NCBI GenBank assembly: GCA_965153455.1
Contig: OZ234493.1
Location: 4,960,001 to 5,024,000, forward strand
Source of the DNA: Sphagnum compactum
Lineage: Eukaryota
Direction of reading: 5' to 3'
DNA length: 64,000 bases
The notes under the pieces were generated by a model. The model made no database searches. It was not told the DNA's origin and worked only from the letters and a program-made list of their open reading frames with translations. Position numbers and translations under genes: made by a program. This document shows, in pieces, positions 60,325 through 64,000 of the stretch (position 1 is its first letter; every line of letters starts with the position of its first letter).

Positions 60325-63300
60325 ACTCTGATACCCAGTGGGGGTTTGGTGCAGTGTCTATTACCTGCCCCACTCCGGGTTGATGGAGGACATTGACTGT
60401 TGACATGGGTCTTTGCGTGAGACCCTTAATACACCCCCGCCATCGAGCACGGACCGGCACCCCCATCGAGCACTGTCTGGCGCCCTTTGTGGGTCTGACA
60501 GTGCAGCCCTGCGGAGAACAGTGTGGTTCTCCCGCAGGGTTTGACTTTTTGACTCTGGAAGTTATTCAATTATAAATAATTATAGCAGCTGACCTGCTGT
60601 AAAACAAAAATCTGTAAAACAAATTAAAAGAAAACTGCCTATTTTTGCAAATTAAAAAAAAACATGTAGAACCATGCTGAGTGGTTTTATGCAGAACCAT
60701 GCAGGGCTCAAAAACATGTGCAAGAAGACAAGAAAAACAAGCGCCGGCCAGAGCTCAATTGGGGGGAGGGGCGGAGGGATATTTAGTGTCTTGCGTTCTT
60801 TTCCTTGCGTTGTATTCTTTCAGTTTTATCAGTAAAGAGTAAACAAATCAATCAACCACCCAGAAATGAATCCCCTGCCATTTTGTGGCGGATGCCCATG
60901 TGTAAGAACTAAGAACCCACTAAAAATTTCCTACGTGTATTTGGAGGTTGCAAAAAGGTTGGCATTTTGGAAGTGAAATGCTGCTCCTGTGAGAGTTTTA
61001 TTTTTCTAAATGTGTGCCCTTTTTCCCTGTGATAATCACCAAGTTTCATGGGGAAAAATAATAATTCTCACAGGTTTTTTTAGTCTGCAACCTCCTTGGG
61101 AGGGAGTTTCCCCACGTTTGCCCTGCAACTTCACCTCTGGCAGCCCACTTACTTGGGGAATGCCCCACTCCTCAGGCATTACCTTACACACAAGTCCTTT
61201 CAACTCCTTATTCATAGCATCAAGGGCTATTCACACTTGTCAAATAAGCTTTTGGCTTAAAACCTATTATCATTGGAAAAAGAATGTAAGAAGGGATAAG
61301 TTAATCATGTCTGCCACATCAGCATTAATCTTTCCAGATTCTCCCCCATGAATTTGTTGAACTAGTACAGATCCGGACCTGGTATGTGAGCCTCTTTATG
61401 TGTCTTCCACATCCACAATGTGCAAGTTATTTCACCATCCCCATCCATAAAACAAAACTGGTTCTTGACAATGGAAAGTGAGGATCAATTAAATGTCACT
61501 ACATGAGCCAATCCGTGTCAAACTCTTGTAAATTTAATCATTTATCTTATGCTTTTTCCCTATCATGAACTTTTTGTAAAATCAGGGATTGCCAATGGCT
61601 ATGCATGTGGAAATAATAAATATTGTATCTAAGTTTTTAGTACTAAACTCCATGTCAGGAAGATGGGGATCAAACCATCCGAGTTAATTAGGTTTCCAAT
61701 TCAAACAAAAGTTACATACTACCAGGCAAGATAAGTTGTGGAGTAACTTAGCATCAAATGGAAACGTGAACCACAATGTCAATGAATCAATTTATCCTCA
61801 TCATAAGCCATCAATGGTCAAGAGCAAAAGGATTAAGGGAAAAAAAGATTTCAATTTTGAATTCAATCAAACATTGTTTTTGATGAGACATGTGCTACAT
61901 AAATTAGTAGTGAATTATTCCATAAATAATGAATTCAGGTTTCATTTAACAATAGCAAGGTTGTAGCATGAGGCACCTCAATGTGGACCTTCTAATCAAG
62001 ACCCCAATGACATTTAATTGTTTTGTAGGACTCTTTGCATCTTGAAAGGGAAAAATGCTCCAAACTAGCCTCATAAAAATTGAACAATATTTTTTCAATT
62101 TTCATAGTCATGTTCTGAACCTCATCAAATAAAAATGAAAGATAGTAAAATTTCAATTTGGCGTTGTGTAGTGTCAATGGATGACAATTGCAAACTAATT
62201 GAGTGAGGTCCACTGTCAAAACAAATTACATGCTCGATTTACCAATTTGGAATCATTTGTCTCACATGATTTGGATTCCAAAAATTGCATTTCAAGTCCA
62301 AGTGGTTAAACAAAACAATGTGAAAAGGCAATTTGTCAGCCAATGCTTTTTGTATACATACATAGAATTCACATTTTGTATTTAACTACAACTATCAATT
62401 TAATACATTAGTTGATTAGGAACATGTCCATAAATAAATAAATTTGTCAAGTATGTCCTAGGATGTACCAATTTATTTGGAAGTGATGATTTTTTGGATT
62501 CATGCATTTGTTCAACCTTTTCAATGATTCAAGATGTTTTACATGGTCAACACAGCAATTGACAAAATTTTAATGGGCCGTGCAGAAATATGGTGCACAT
62601 GAAGTAAGTAGCCAAGTGGAAAATTGTTCTCCATTTTGGGCATGTTGGAAGTTACATTCAATACACAAAAGGTCAATGGATAGCTAATGCCAATGTATGT
62701 AGACCATGTTTTGTACATCACGATTCACCATCGTCTTGGCATATAGAAATGTAGGTAGACTGTCTTGCATTTTTTTGGACGAAAATTGATGTAAAGCTAC
62801 CAACCAATATTTTGACTAAGTCGTGTTTTCATCCTTAAAGCTATTGCCTTTAATTATTCATCTGCCATGCAGAGTGTAATTTCCTCTATCTCAGGATACT
62901 GCTTTTGGCAATTCTTTCAAAACTATGAAGATGGAAAATCATTTGGCATAGTTACGTAAAGCAACAACTTGTTGACTACATAGATGATTATCTTATGAAT
63001 ATCATACATTTTTTAGGGATTGTGCTAGATACAATGATGCAAGTAAGTATGCAAGGCAACCAACCAACCAAACCGAGTCTTCACAAGCCGTCCATTTCTT
63101 TTCCCAAGGAGAGGTTCTTGGTTTGCCCTAAATGGGAGACATGAAACAAAACTAGGAAGCCCCTATTGTGTGCCTTCCATGCCTTGGGTCCATTAAATAT
63201 ATCACAAAAACGTTTGTGGTTGGGGTGCCCACCTACTACATTAGTAGAATTCAGTTTTGACACTGCATGTTTAATGTTTTCTAGTCTTGACGAGACATGG

Positions 63301-64000
63301 ATGAAATTAAGTGATGACAATGTAATGTATAGCCTAATAGTCTGAGGTTCCCTTCTGGTGGTCAGGAGTTTCCACTTTAGACAAGGGTCCAAGGAGAAGG
63401 GTCCAATGAAATCGAGCATTCTTATTGGTCAAGAGTTTTAAATTGGTCCCAAGGCCTTTAGACAATGGTTTAGGATCAAGACAAATCAAATTGTGATCTA
63501 GCTTACATGACATCAATTTGGAGGAAAACTAATTGGTTTGGACCAAAAAAATGAGCTTTAAGCAGAGCTCATGGTTTGGAGAACCAAAGTGTAAGCTTGG
63601 ACGGGTTCAAGGTTGCTCATTTCTTTGTTTTTTATTCTTTTATATTGTTTTTTTTTTCCTTTTGTTTTCAAATTTTGAATGGAAGACATGTTATGGATTG
63701 AGGGCATTGTCGAGAGCACACCAGCTCTCCCATTTTTGATCAATTCTAAAGTTAATATGGCTAGTTTGTGGATCCTTGTAAGGTGGTTGCTAGAAAGAAT
63801 GCATTTAAAGCCCTTCCAAGTGCATGAAATGGAGATGAAAGCAAAAAAAATAGAAAAAACCATGGAAAAAAGAAGAAGAAGATTTATAAAAACCAAAAAT
63901 TAACCTAATTTTCTATGTGTCAATCACACTTTTTTAATATTGGACTCTCAAATTGGACCCAAGCCTTTAGACACACTCATTGTACCTTAAGAAAAAACGT

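Noticed and set aside
59290-60600. Possible minus-strand exons of a host gene (splice-like sites near 59483, 60364, 60593)
   Set aside because: No recognisable protein or consistent frame; RNA-seq would be needed.
60700-64000. Further TE remnants and short repeats (e.g. AATTGG..CCAAG.CCTTTAGACA at about 63441 and 63951)
   Set aside because: Too degenerate to assign boundaries or family.

Overview
Eukaryotic, transposon-saturated window; the element families point to a moss/bryophyte, possibly Sphagnum (inference). No intact host gene or RNA gene was found. 1-41.6 kb is a dense, self-nested cluster of Ty1/Copia LTR retrotransposons from three related lineages (A, B, C), with 15 full or partial A-type LTRs up to 44.1 kb. 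A and C have non-canonical TG...TA LTR ends, a half-tRNA-iMet primer site, and LTRs carrying a variable array of telomere-like (TTAGGG/TTTAGGG) and GCC-box motifs. The cluster resembles the RLC5/Bryco clusters that mark moss centromeres. It also holds a near-intact chromodomain Gypsy element and an inversion revealed by a target-site duplication (TSD) split across opposite strands. 41.6-47.3 kb is an old decayed element with solo LTRs. 48-51.4 kb hides a decayed, intron-containing gene with the motif order of a bacterial-type beta-class N4C/N6A DNA methyltransferase, largely missed by the ORF track, followed by a 103-bp palindrome-rich tandem array. 53.7-60.3 kb holds a hAT element, a non-autonomous MULE and a hAT MITE, each with TIRs and TSDs. 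60.3-64 kb is unresolved.
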